The translations under genes and the position numbers were made by a program. From contig CAYZGK010000004.1 of NCBI GenBank assembly GCA_964478025.1, positions 8,273 to 72,272 on the forward strand: a stretch of 64,000 nucleotides of DNA, in the 5' to 3' direction. Each line of letters starts with the position of its first letter. Positions within the stretch are counted from its first letter, which is position 1. Of this stretch, positions 18,433-29,284 are shown one piece after another. The notes below the pieces were generated by a model that did no database searches, had not been told where the DNA came from, and worked only from the letters and a program-made list of their open reading frames with translations. This stretch comes from an uncultured Christensenella sp. GTDB lineage: Bacteria > Bacillota > Clostridia > Christensenellales > UBA3700.

Positions 18433-20780
18433 AGAAAAAATTAGAGTCTATAGGTATTATCGCATTAGTTAATCTAGTTATATCAAATATAGTAGTATTT
18501 GCTATACTTAGAACTTCAGTTAATTTTGGTGATTATCTAAGATACGAGATTTTCTTATTTGTATATTTAATGCTATTTTCAAATGTATTTTTCTCAAACA
18601 AGTTTTGTAGTGGAAAAGCTCAAGAATGGTTATTCTTCTTGTCAGTTTCTTTCTTAGTATCAAGTTTGCTTGCATACATTTTATATTCAATTATTATAAG
18701 TGATTGGAAAATGGACCAAATAGCATGGGTGGAAAGTATTAAATCTATAATTAATGTAGACTTTATGTTCTATGGTATAGCTCTTGCATTTTTAATTGCT
18801 TTTGTCGCTCTATATTGTGGTGTATTTGATAGAGACATCTTAAGATTTGTAAGAACTTCTGGCCTTATTGGACAAGGAAAAATAAAGAGTATTGAAGCAA
18901 ACCTTGAAAATTCACGTTGGATGAACCAAGAAGAAAAAGAAAAGAATTTTAAGAAATATTCTTACACAAAATTAGATAGTGTAAATAAAGATGGTATTCC
19001 TGTAATGGCACAAATGAATAGAAAAGGTAAAGATGAAACTATTATGTTTAATTCTCCTTGTCACTCAATTATCATTGGTGCAACAGGTTCTGGTAAGACA
19101 ACAACATTTGTAAGTCCAATGATTCAAATATTAGCTTCTACAAACGCTGGTTCTTCTATGGTAATGACAGACCCTAAGGGAGAATTATTTGCACTTCATT
19201 CTAAATATCTTCAAGAAAGGGGATATGATGTAAAAGTTATTGATTTAAGAGATACATATTCATCATATAGATGGAATCCACTTGATGATATATGGGATAG
19301 TTATAGAAAATATGCAGAGGCTCATAACAATGTTTATTTACACAAAGATAAATTACCAAAAGACAAACCTTTAGGAAGCAAAAAGGAAAGTTTTGAAGGT
19401 AAGGATTCTTGGTATGAATTTGAGGGAAAAGCTTATGCTGAATATCAAGACCTTGTAAATGCAATTAAAGTTTTCAAGAGAAAAACTTATGATGAAGTTT
19501 ATGAAGATTTAAATGACTTAGTATCAGTTTTAATTCCAATAGAAAATGAAAGAGATCCTATGTGGGAAAAAGGTGCAAGAAGTATTGTACTTGCTACTCT
19601 TTTAGCTATGCTTGAAGATAGTGAAAATGAAGCTTTAGGTATGACTAAAGAAAAGTTTAATTTCTTTAACATGGCTAAGATATTACAAAACTCAACAGAG
19701 GATTATAAGGAACTTAGAAGATATTTTGCAGGAAGAAGTCAATTATCTAAAGCTTTCTCATTATCAAAACAAGTTTGTGATGCAGCAGAATCAACACGTG
19801 CCTCATATATGTCAGTTGTATATGAAAAATTAACATTATTTAATGATGCTGGTATTTGTGGATTAACATCATCCTCAGATTTTAAACCTGAAGATTTAGC
19901 TTTAAGACCAACTGCATTATTCTTAAAGATTCCAGATGAAAAAACAACAAGACATAATTTGGCTGGAATATTTGTATTAAATTTATATAAACAACTTATA
20001 AAGGTAGCTTCGCTTAGAGAGGACTTATCTTTACCTAGAAATGTTTATTATATACTTGATGAGTTTGGTAACATGCCAAAGATTGAAAACTTCGATAAGA
20101 TGATAACAGTTGGTAGAAGCCGTAAGATTTGGTTTAACATGATTGTTCAATCATATTCACAATTAAATAACGTTTATGGAGATAAGGTTGCAGATATCGT
20201 AAAGAGTAACTGTGGAGTAAAGATGTTTATTGGTTCTAATGATATGACAACATGTAAAGAATTCTCTGAACTTTGTGGAAATATAACAGTTGTTACAAGA
20301 TCTACAAGTGGTAGTGACATGGATAAATCTATAAATGTTTCAACTCAAACTCAAGTTAGACCTCTTATTTATCCATCTGAACTTCAAAGACTTAATCATG
20401 GTTCAGATATAGGTCACTCAATTATAGTAACATTTGGTAATTATCCATTTAAGAGTTATTTTACCCCTAGTTTTAAGGTTCCTTTATATAAAATGGGTAC
20501 AATGAATACAGAGTTTTTAAATGAAAGATATTTTGATGAACAAGCTATCTTTTATGATATAAGCAAGAGAAACAGTTTAGTCTTTGGAAAACAAAAAGAA
20601 GTAGCTGTTAAAAATAAAGGAGTTAAATTAACTCAAAACAAGAAAGAAGGTCTAGAGAATCAAAATAAAGAGGATCTAGCTCGTGATACTCAATTGTTTG
20701 ATAGATTTATGAAGTTTAAGAAAGAACATCCAGATCTTACTGAAAACGAAATATTTGATAGATTGGAGGGCTTGTCTTAG
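18429..20780 (+). CDS. VirD4/TraG-like type IV coupling protein with N-terminal TM region
   Basis: GATGSGKT, MTDPKGEL, RWNPL, YYILDEFGN, GRSRKIW, IVQSYSQLxxVYG. Confidence 0.95.
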   Translation: MKKKLESIGIIALVNLVISNIVVFAILRTSVNFGDYLRYEIFLFVYLMLFSNVFFSNKFCSGKAQEWLFFLSVSFLVSSLLAYILYSIIISDWKMDQIAWVESIKSIINVDFMFYGIALAFLIAFVALYCGVFDRDILRFVRTSGLIGQGKIKSIEANLENSRWMNQEEKEKNFKKYSYTKLDSVNKDGIPVMAQMNRKGKDETIMFNSPCHSIIIGATGSGKTTTFVSPMIQILASTNAGSSMVMTDPKGELFALHSKYLQERGYDVKVIDLRDTYSSYRWNPLDDIWDSYRKYAEAHNNVYLHKDKLPKDKPLGSKKESFEGKDSWYEFEGKAYAEYQDLVNAIKVFKRKTYDEVYEDLNDLVSVLIPIENERDPMWEKGARSIVLATLLAMLEDSENEALGMTKEKFNFFNMAKILQNSTEDYKELRRYFAGRSQLSKAFSLSKQVCDAAESTRASYMSVVYEKLTLFNDAGICGLTSSSDFKPEDLALRPTALFLKIPDEKTTRHNLAGIFVLNLYKQLIKVASLREDLSLPRNVYYILDEFGNMPKIENFDKMITVGRSRKIWFNMIVQSYSQLNNVYGDKVADIVKSNCGVKMFIGSNDMTTCKEFSELCGNITVVTRSTSGSDMDKSINVSTQTQVRPLIYPSELQRLNHGSDIGHSIIVTFGNYPFKSYFTPSFKVPLYKMGTMNTEFLNERYFDEQAIFYDISKRNSLVFGKQKEVAVKNKGVKLTQNKKEGLENQNKEDLARDTQLFDRFMKFKKEHPDLTENEIFDRLEGLS

Positions 20781-20795
20781 ACAAAGGTAAAATAA

Positions 20796-23700
20796 ATGAA
20801 AATGAAAAATGCTTTTTCTAAAATAGCGGTTATAGCCGTACTTATATTAAATCTTTGTTTTGTATCAGTTTTCGCTAATACAGATAGTGTTAGTGCTGCA
20901 AGTGCAATAGATGAAACTACAATGGGAATTGTATTTTTCTCAGAAAACAGTGTAGATGAAAGTGGAAATCTTATTCCAGATAGTTCAGGTAAAATTACTG
21001 TTGGAGTTAATATCTCAAAGAAAAATGATGGCATAAGTTTCTCTTTAAAAACAAGAGATATGAGTGCTATAGAGTCTCTTGGTGATTATGAGGCTAAATC
21101 TAATGATTACCATATAACAACAACATCAACAAAAGATTCAACTCAATATTTTAGTATTCAAACATATCAAACAAATGCTTCAAATTTAATTACTAGTAAT
21201 CAAGCATATGGTTTAACTAGAGTGTTTGAAATAGTACTTTGTAATATAACAACTGATAGCGGTTGTGATTATGTAATATATAATGATTTAAATAGAAGCA
21301 CAAGTGGAAAGAGTAGTTATACTTGTCGAGTTCAAACGGAATATGATTATAAATACTCTACATTAAGTGGTAAAAATGGTCTATATTTTGATGATTACTT
21401 AAACGGAAGTAGTTTTTCTTCTATTTGGATTGGAAGTAATGGAGTTTACTACCAAACACCAACATCATATATAGGTTTTTCAGTAGATAATGATTCATAC
21501 TATAGTTTTGAGCAATCATTTAATAGATTTGTATCAAGTGGATATGTAGTAAAATATTATAAAACTGATTGGGCAGATATTTATTATGGTGGTTCTGCGG
21601 TTATATCAGAAAGTGGATGGTGTACAATTGAGACACCAGCAGTACTTAATATGTTAGATAGTGAAGATACTTCTGTATTCTATTCAGAGTATTATGATCC
21701 AAGAAGCGATGGCGCTCCAATTCTATTTGGTGAAAATAAGTATGCTCATAATAATAATGATGAATATAGATATTATTTAACAAATAATGCAAAAAATTGG
21801 TTAAACAACCATACGGGATATCAAGTATATAACACATTAGATCCTATGTATAATCATGCTTATTCATATTATTCAAGAGAATCTTATGATTTCCCATCAG
21901 TAACAGGTAAAGTTTATAAAAGCAACTCAGAGGATTTCACATTAAAAGTTTCAAGAGATTCTACCTGGAAAATGAATTTTGAATATTTTAGATTAGATAG
22001 TGAATTATATGATATAAACTCACCAAAGATAACAAATACATTATTTGATGAAATTACTTCAACAGATAATAAAACTTTGCGTATTACTATTCGTTTTTCT
22101 GAACCTGTTCATTTCCCAACAGATTTGACAGATAAGAGTGGTTTATCTCTTACTGCTTATGCAAATAATAATGGAAAAACTCCACTTGAATTTAAATATG
22201 CAGGTGGTGAAGGTTCCGATACTTTATATTTTGATTGCGACTTATCTCAATATGAAAATTTAGCAGCATATAAAATAACAAAGATATCTTCAATTAAATT
22301 TAGAGCTTATGATACATTTAGTTCAACATTTACTTCAAATGTATATGATTATGCTTATAACTTTAATCTAAAGAATAATGCAGTTGATGTTAGCTCTTTT
22401 ACAAAAGGTGATGGATTAACTTTTGATACAAGTATAGATTTACGTGAACCTAGTGTTTCAACAAAGATAGTTACAAATTATTCAGAAACAGCAATGTCAC
22501 ATACAGTAAACGTTACAGTATCTGATATGGAAAATAAAGGTTCTAAGCTTTACTACACATGGGTAAATGCTGATGATGTACAAGATCCTGAAACTTATGT
22601 TCCAGAAAGTTATGATAATTGCGAAACTATAACCCCAACATCACTTACAATTACAGGAGAAAAGTTTAATGGAAATTATTATCTTTACTACAAGGCAAAA
22701 TCAGCTTACGGTAAGGAAACTTTAGGTTATGTGAATAAAGTTTTAAGTTTTGATAATACGCCGCCGACAATCTCTTCAATTACGCTTGGAGAAGTAAATG
22801 CTGCAGTTTCTAGTAGAGACTTTGTAATTAGTATTGAAGGGGAAACTACGGACTTAAGCGAGATTTATATATACTATAGATTACTTGGCCAAACATCATG
22901 GACTCAAAAAGAAGTATATAAATTATCTGGAAGTACATCTCCTATTGGTACATTAAGTTCATTTACATATGATAGTAATACTAATTTATCTACAGCAACG
23001 TTAAATGTAAGTGCTGTTGATGGGCTTTCAATGAATGATAATGAAAGTAAGAGATTCTATTTTAAATTTACAACATATGATACGGCAGGAAACCAATATA
23101 CATATGAAATAAATGAATCATATCTATTTGATACATCAGATCGCTGCTCATTAAATATGACAATATCTGGAACACCTTATACTGTTTATGAGACAATTGA
23201 TACAAGTTCTTCAACTACTGTAAATGATACTGAAAGCTTATATATAAATAGTTACTTAGCTAGCAATTTTACTCTTACATTTAAGTTATTATCATCTACA
23301 TCTGCTATCACTTTAGATTCGATGTACAAAGGTGATGAAGATATAACTTCAACATTTAGTGACTATTTTACATGTGAAGATACAACTGAAGGTGCTGACG
23401 CTGACTTAAGACATGTTTATACGATGAAGTATAAAGGCACAAGTGGTGGATATTATTCATTTAGATTAAGTGGGGATTCAAAATTATCTGAAACATTCTC
23501 ATTCTACATTGTAGGAGATGGAGATAATGTTGCAGGCTATAGTGAAATTGAAAATAATAGACTACTTATAAATAAAATTTGGGTAGTTAGTGATGTTAAA
23601 TATTATTGGCTATCTGAAAATAATACAGTTGCAACAAGTGAAAATTATAACGATAGTAAAAACCTATCACTTGTATTTTCATCTAAAGATAGAGCTTACG

Positions 23701-26700
23701 ATTATTACTACTTTATGGAAATGCAAGACATTTCGTTATGCACCGTAACAAGTACAATTGCAAATGCATTAAATGGTGGCTATAGTGAAGTATTTAAGAA
23801 AGCTCAAAATGAGACAATGGTTGCTGAGGTTGGCCAAACATGGATTTGTTATAAATCTGCTTCTTGGGATCAACAATCTGATTCTAAAAACTGGAATTAC
23901 TATTTCTATAGCACAAGTACAGAAACTGAAATTAATACAAGAGCATTCTCTTCAAATTTACGTTCTGCAATTGATTCAGTTGTAAATAAAATTGTAAATA
24001 AGGGAAGTTATTCTTATCTAACTAGTGATGATGGATTAAATAGCGTTGGTGTACCTACAATAGATGAATCTCGTATTCATGCAACTGCATTATCTATTGA
24101 TGTAAATAAAAGAGGAACAGCATTTAAATCTCCAGTTACATATGTTGGAGATAGTGATATTTACTCTCCATATTATGTAGATGAATCAAGTAATGAATAT
24201 CCAATTGCTGTGCAAAAATTGACTGCTAGTGATTACACAATTATTTACTTTAAAAAACATACAGGAAGTACTTATGAAAAGGTAAGTGTAACAGGTACAT
24301 ATTACCTTAAAGATGTAATTAATGGCACAGGTTTATATGACATTATTGAAAGAGATGTAAATGGTGCTAGAAAATATACAGTTTATATAGATAATTCATC
24401 TCCAGAATTAAATATTTACTATGACAATAATAGTGGAACAACTTCAATGGTTATAAATGAAGAGTATGCAAGTAGAGGGGCAACACTAAATGTTAAGTCC
24501 TTTGCATTTAGTTCTTTAAATGATGCCGATGAATATGCATACGTTGCTTTATTTACATCAGGTGGTGTTTATAAGGGTGCATACCTTGCAAGTGAACTTG
24601 GCGGAGTTGTTTTAGATGAGGGAAGATATAGCCTTCAAGTATATGATAGATCTGGAAATAATTATAGTTTTGTTTTAAGAATTAGTTCTGCTGATTTACA
24701 AAGTTCATGTTCTTATACAAATGAGAAAAATAAATATGTTCAATTTAGTTGTACATATTCAAGAGATGATGTTTATAGATTTGAAATTTATTTAGACAAC
24801 GTACTAGTTCTAGATAATATGGATTCACTAAAGAGCAATAAAGTTACTTTCTATGATGGTGGTGAATATAGATTCTATGTTGAAGACTTGTTTGGAAATA
24901 TTTATGAACAAACAACAACTTTAATTAGAGAAATACCTCAAGTAACTTGGTATTTTGATTTAAATGGAAATATAACTAAGTTTGATGAAACGTCAACATC
25001 TCAATTAGGTTTCATTAAGACAAAGCTTGGAACAAATAGTTATTTAATTACAAGTACAGGAAGTGTAAGTTTCCGTTATCCAACTGGTGAAAACTATAAG
25101 TATGAGTTCTTATCTGGAAGTGGAACATTAAGACATACTGGAACTTATAATGAAGTATCTATTAATGAAAAAGATAATTGGCAAGTTAAGATATATTATG
25201 AAGACTATAGTGATGTATTTGTTACATTTACTGGAAAATCTGATGTATCAGCCCCAACTATCTCAGCAACAACAAATAGAACAAAATATTCATATAACGA
25301 TGAAGATGAAGATAAGTTTAACGAATACTTTGAGTCAATTAAAGCTACAGCGAAAGTTGGCGATATTATAAACTTAACTGATGTTTCATTTACTCAAACA
25401 GATATAGTAACACAAACAATTGCAGCAGGTGAGATTGTAAGTGGAAGTATCGTTAGAATTAGTGTTTCAGATTTATCTGGTATATATAAATGGTCATACT
25501 CATATAATGGTACAGTAACTGAGGTTGCTGAAGATGTTTCAATAATATCTTTAAGCAAAGAAGGAAGCTATGTAATTTCCGCAACCGATAAACTTGGAAA
25601 TGTTTCTTCATTCAACTTTAGTATTGGTAAATCTAAATATACAGAAATCTTAGTTGATGATGTTGCAGTAAGTTCAGATTATGGTAATAAAAATGTAATT
25701 GCATCAGTTGAGGGAAGTGGCGTATTTGCATTTATAGTTGAAGGTGAATACTATAAACTTACAACAAATGGAGAAAATTTAATTCGTACAATTTATAAGA
25801 TTGCTAGTGATGATTCTTCAAATTTAATAACAAGTGCTGAAGATGTAGTAATAAGCGATAAATTAACAAGCACAGGCGTTGTTATAAAGGAATATGAATC
25901 AGGTGTTGTTAAAGCTTATTTAGAAGATGGTAGAGTTTATATAGCAGTTTCACTTAACGAGGAAGAAGAAGGAAAAGTTAATAAATTAACAATAAATATG
26001 CGTGTTTCTTCAAATTCTGCAGTAGATTGCATGTATACATCTACTGAAATATCTGATGAAAAATCTTATTTAACATATACCTTAAATGGTGAAACGCATG
26101 AACTTTCAGATACATTATATATAAATAAAGATTGTACATTTACATTAACTGATGATATTAAATCAGCAGCTGTGTATTATTCTGAAACTGATGATTATGA
26201 CAATATATATGAAAATTTAATTGCTTTATTATTAAGAAATTTTGATGGGTATGAAGAATCTTATACATGTAGTAATCAAGGTTTCTATGTCATTGAAGCA
26301 TTTAACAAATATGGTAATTGTAGCTCAATAAAAGTTTTATATAGCGTAAACATATTAGTTGTAGGAAGTGTAGAATACTTAGATGGCGAAAAGGCATCTT
26401 ATTCAACAGATTATGAAAACGACTTATATTCAAATAATTCTATAACAATAAATGTTTATAAGGATATTACATTTACTGTTACTAGAAATGGTTTAGCTTA
26501 TTCTCCAAATGTTGAATATACTGATGAAAAGGTATCAATAAGTGTAATTGGAGATGGTGATTATACAATTACTATTAAAGATAAGTATGGCAATGAAATA
26601 ACAAGATATGCGCATATTAAGCAAACTGATTTTGAATACAATTCAAACTGGCTTGATGGATTTAATAGTAAAGCCTTAAGAGTAAGCGAAGGTTATACAA

Positions 26701-28217
26701 ATATAAAAGTTTCATTTAATAAGGATAAAGTATTAGATAGTGCAATGTTTGTATCTATAACATTAAATGATGCAACTACAATTGTTCTAGATAAGTTATC
26801 TGAAAAGCAAGTTTCATTTAAAGACATTTGTGTAGGCGATGATGGTGATGGCGTATATGAAATTGTATTTAGAGATATATATGGAAATAAGGCAACAAAA
26901 GTTGTAAATTATACATCTACATCTCCTTTAACTATTTCAAGACTTACAAGAAGCATGGCAAGAGAATATTATTCAATGGATGGACTAACGACTGTTTATA
27001 GTAATAAGACAATAAACTTTGCATGTACTGCTTCAAAATATGAGTTTAAAGTTAACTCTGAAAAGAAAGATATTCCATACACATTAGAATTCCCAAGTGA
27101 AGCTAATAGTGGAAAGTTTGAATATAAAATAGAATACATAGACGAATATGGATTTGAATATAACATAACATGTGTTTTATATAGAACTACAATAGAATTC
27201 TCAACAAGCGAGATGATGGTTGTAGATGGTGTTACAAAAGATCCAGTATCAGTAACTTTTGATTCAAATTGTACCGCACAAATTTCTTTAAATGGTGAAT
27301 CATTAGGCGTATATACAAGTGGTGAAAAATACTCAAGAGATGGAAGTTATATTATCTCTATTTCGGATATAGCAGGTAACAATGTTAACTATTCAATAAA
27401 GAGAGATAGCGTAGCAGATTTCTGCTTATATGTTGGAAGTACAGATAATAAATTAGTAAGTGGTGAAATTACTAATAATTCTACAGTTTACTTTACTTCA
27501 CTTAACGGAGATGTTGTAGAGATTAGTTCTGTTTATCATAATGGTGCTGAAGTTTCAAATTATGATTCTACAATTTTTACTGGAAGTGGTAAGTGGGAAA
27601 TTGTAGTAAAAGATTCAATAGGTAATCAAGATTATTTCTGTTTCTATATAGTTAGCCATGAATTAATAGAGTTTGAATACACAACACCATATGGATTTAG
27701 AATAACTGAAATTACATATGACGCTGGTGGTGGTAAAGTTGATTGGCTTGAAGCAGTAGAAAACTTAGAAAATAATGATTACATGAAGTTTGAAGAAAGT
27801 GGTGAGTATAGTGTTGTAATGTTATCTTCTATAACAGGTCAATCATCAAACTTCACAATAACAATAGATAAGACAGTACCAAATATTGTTTTAGATGGCG
27901 TAAATGCTGGTGAAACAACAAAATCTAATGTAACAGTATCTGGTTATAAATCTGGCGATACAATATATATTTATAAAGATGGCGCTCTTATAAATACAAT
28001 TACTGCAGTGACAGTATCAGATGTACCTACAATTACAGAAAAAGGAAATTATAGAATTGTAGTTGTAAATGAAGCAGGTGGTGTATCTGAGGTTGAATTT
28101 ACAAGAGTTTATACAGCAAACGTTGCAACTAGTGTACTTATTATAGTTTGTATAGTTGCAGTAAGTATAGGATTATTCTTAGGACTTCTATTCCGTAAAC
28201 GTTCGAGAATAGAATAA
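20796..28217 (+). CDS. Giant (2473 aa) Ig-like repeat surface protein/adhesin
   Basis: Signal peptide, recurring DxxGN and DxTxP Ig-fold motifs, C-terminal TM plus basic tail (GLLFRKRSRIE). Confidence 0.8.
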   Translation: MKMKNAFSKIAVIAVLILNLCFVSVFANTDSVSAASAIDETTMGIVFFSENSVDESGNLIPDSSGKITVGVNISKKNDGISFSLKTRDMSAIESLGDYEAKSNDYHITTTSTKDSTQYFSIQTYQTNASNLITSNQAYGLTRVFEIVLCNITTDSGCDYVIYNDLNRSTSGKSSYTCRVQTEYDYKYSTLSGKNGLYFDDYLNGSSFSSIWIGSNGVYYQTPTSYIGFSVDNDSYYSFEQSFNRFVSSGYVVKYYKTDWADIYYGGSAVISESGWCTIETPAVLNMLDSEDTSVFYSEYYDPRSDGAPILFGENKYAHNNNDEYRYYLTNNAKNWLNNHTGYQVYNTLDPMYNHAYSYYSRESYDFPSVTGKVYKSNSEDFTLKVSRDSTWKMNFEYFRLDSELYDINSPKITNTLFDEITSTDNKTLRITIRFSEPVHFPTDLTDKSGLSLTAYANNNGKTPLEFKYAGGEGSDTLYFDCDLSQYENLAAYKITKISSIKFRAYDTFSSTFTSNVYDYAYNFNLKNNAVDVSSFTKGDGLTFDTSIDLREPSVSTKIVTNYSETAMSHTVNVTVSDMENKGSKLYYTWVNADDVQDPETYVPESYDNCETITPTSLTITGEKFNGNYYLYYKAKSAYGKETLGYVNKVLSFDNTPPTISSITLGEVNAAVSSRDFVISIEGETTDLSEIYIYYRLLGQTSWTQKEVYKLSGSTSPIGTLSSFTYDSNTNLSTATLNVSAVDGLSMNDNESKRFYFKFTTYDTAGNQYTYEINESYLFDTSDRCSLNMTISGTPYTVYETIDTSSSTTVNDTESLYINSYLASNFTLTFKLLSSTSAITLDSMYKGDEDITSTFSDYFTCEDTTEGADADLRHVYTMKYKGTSGGYYSFRLSGDSKLSETFSFYIVGDGDNVAGYSEIENNRLLINKIWVVSDVKYYWLSENNTVATSENYNDSKNLSLVFSSKDRAYDYYYFMEMQDISLCTVTSTIANALNGGYSEVFKKAQNETMVAEVGQTWICYKSASWDQQSDSKNWNYYFYSTSTETEINTRAFSSNLRSAIDSVVNKIVNKGSYSYLTSDDGLNSVGVPTIDESRIHATALSIDVNKRGTAFKSPVTYVGDSDIYSPYYVDESSNEYPIAVQKLTASDYTIIYFKKHTGSTYEKVSVTGTYYLKDVINGTGLYDIIERDVNGARKYTVYIDNSSPELNIYYDNNSGTTSMVINEEYASRGATLNVKSFAFSSLNDADEYAYVALFTSGGVYKGAYLASELGGVVLDEGRYSLQVYDRSGNNYSFVLRISSADLQSSCSYTNEKNKYVQFSCTYSRDDVYRFEIYLDNVLVLDNMDSLKSNKVTFYDGGEYRFYVEDLFGNIYEQTTTLIREIPQVTWYFDLNGNITKFDETSTSQLGFIKTKLGTNSYLITSTGSVSFRYPTGENYKYEFLSGSGTLRHTGTYNEVSINEKDNWQVKIYYEDYSDVFVTFTGKSDVSAPTISATTNRTKYSYNDEDEDKFNEYFESIKATAKVGDIINLTDVSFTQTDIVTQTIAAGEIVSGSIVRISVSDLSGIYKWSYSYNGTVTEVAEDVSIISLSKEGSYVISATDKLGNVSSFNFSIGKSKYTEILVDDVAVSSDYGNKNVIASVEGSGVFAFIVEGEYYKLTTNGENLIRTIYKIASDDSSNLITSAEDVVISDKLTSTGVVIKEYESGVVKAYLEDGRVYIAVSLNEEEEGKVNKLTINMRVSSNSAVDCMYTSTEISDEKSYLTYTLNGETHELSDTLYINKDCTFTLTDDIKSAAVYYSETDDYDNIYENLIALLLRNFDGYEESYTCSNQGFYVIEAFNKYGNCSSIKVLYSVNILVVGSVEYLDGEKASYSTDYENDLYSNNSITINVYKDITFTVTRNGLAYSPNVEYTDEKVSISVIGDGDYTITIKDKYGNEITRYAHIKQTDFEYNSNWLDGFNSKALRVSEGYTNIKVSFNKDKVLDSAMFVSITLNDATTIVLDKLSEKQVSFKDICVGDDGDGVYEIVFRDIYGNKATKVVNYTSTSPLTISRLTRSMAREYYSMDGLTTVYSNKTINFACTASKYEFKVNSEKKDIPYTLEFPSEANSGKFEYKIEYIDEYGFEYNITCVLYRTTIEFSTSEMMVVDGVTKDPVSVTFDSNCTAQISLNGESLGVYTSGEKYSRDGSYIISISDIAGNNVNYSIKRDSVADFCLYVGSTDNKLVSGEITNNSTVYFTSLNGDVVEISSVYHNGAEVSNYDSTIFTGSGKWEIVVKDSIGNQDYFCFYIVSHELIEFEYTTPYGFRITEITYDAGGGKVDWLEAVENLENNDYMKFEESGEYSVVMLSSITGQSSNFTITIDKTVPNIVLDGVNAGETTKSNVTVSGYKSGDTIYIYKDGALINTITAVTVSDVPTITEKGNYRIVVVNEAGGVSEVEFTRVYTANVATSVLIIVCIVAVSIGLFLGLLFRKRSRIE

Positions 28218-28268
28218 TAAAATAAAAAAAATATAAAAGAAAAAACATTTTACAGGAGGATAGAAAAG

Positions 28269-28577
28269 ATGTTTTACAATATTTTAGCAGCATCAATGTC
28301 TCAAGGCGATTTAGAGAAGATCGTAAAGCCAATTCTTGACATATGCGACACATTAGTTCCAGTATTATTAGCCGTTGTTGGTTCAATCGGTGCAATTTAC
28401 TGTATTTTATTAGGTGTTAAGTATGCAAGAGCTGACGAACCACAAGAACATGATAAGACAAAGAAAGCATTAAAGAATGCAATTGTTGGTTTCGTGTTAA
28501 TTTTCGTTTTGCTAGCAATGCTACAAGTTGGTCTATCAGTATTTGAAAAATGGTGGCCTACATATGTTGGTGCTTAA
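28269..28577 (+). CDS. VirB2/TrbC-like pilin (Mbov_0395-like)
   Basis: Two hydrophobic helices around ARADEPQEHDKTKKALKNAIVGF. Confidence 0.8.
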   Translation: MFYNILAASMSQGDLEKIVKPILDICDTLVPVLLAVVGSIGAIYCILLGVKYARADEPQEHDKTKKALKNAIVGFVLIFVLLAMLQVGLSVFEKWWPTYVGA

Positions 28578-29280
28578 AAATAAAAAAATATTTTTAAGTA
28601 TCTGTCTTATTGTTATTTGCACGCTCCTTATGGGCTGTTTTCCAGACCTTGGGGCAGTTTCGAGCGCAGATGATTATGCTGACAAATTTTCTTCAGTTAA
28701 GTTCGTTAAAAAGGACTTAATAGTTGAGAGTATGTCAATAACTGAATTATCTAATGATAACGCAATTAACAATTTTCAAAAGAAAGACTTTGTATGTCCT
28801 ACAGAAAGTAATGCATACAAGTATATGGCAGTTTTTGCTGGTCAGACAGTTAAGATAAAAGAATTTGCCATATATTTAAAATCAGAAACTGATGTAAAAT
28901 TAAGCATTTGCGTATATAACTTAAGTGATTTACCATCGGTTATTGCAATAGGCACAGATGATGACTATGAAACTTATCAAGATCCTGACTCGGGTGAAGA
29001 AAAAACCAAACTTAAGGATTTTGATGAGCCAAAAGATGAAGATGCAATAGCAACACTTAATATTTCACTTAAGGCAAATGTGTGGAACTCATTTGTTATA
29101 AAAAGTTGGACTACTGATGGAGAAAAGAAATCTAATTTCACTTTAAATGAAGATAGATGTTTAGTTTTCCAAATTAAAAATAACTGTATAAGATACAATA
29201 GTTCACTTAATGAAAATCCACTAGATAGTGCAAATATTTGCTTTACATCAATGCTTATTTATGTAGATAAAGAAGGTTAA
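28564..29280 (+). CDS. T4SS-associated lipoprotein
   Basis: Lipobox LMGC; ATG 28564 (GGTGG RBS) preferred over 28528. Confidence 0.7.
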   Translation: MLVLKNKKIFLSICLIVICTLLMGCFPDLGAVSSADDYADKFSSVKFVKKDLIVESMSITELSNDNAINNFQKKDFVCPTESNAYKYMAVFAGQTVKIKEFAIYLKSETDVKLSICVYNLSDLPSVIAIGTDDDYETYQDPDSGEEKTKLKDFDEPKDEDAIATLNISLKANVWNSFVIKSWTTDGEKKSNFTLNEDRCLVFQIKNNCIRYNSSLNENPLDSANICFTSMLIYVDKEG

Positions 29281-29284
29281 AATT

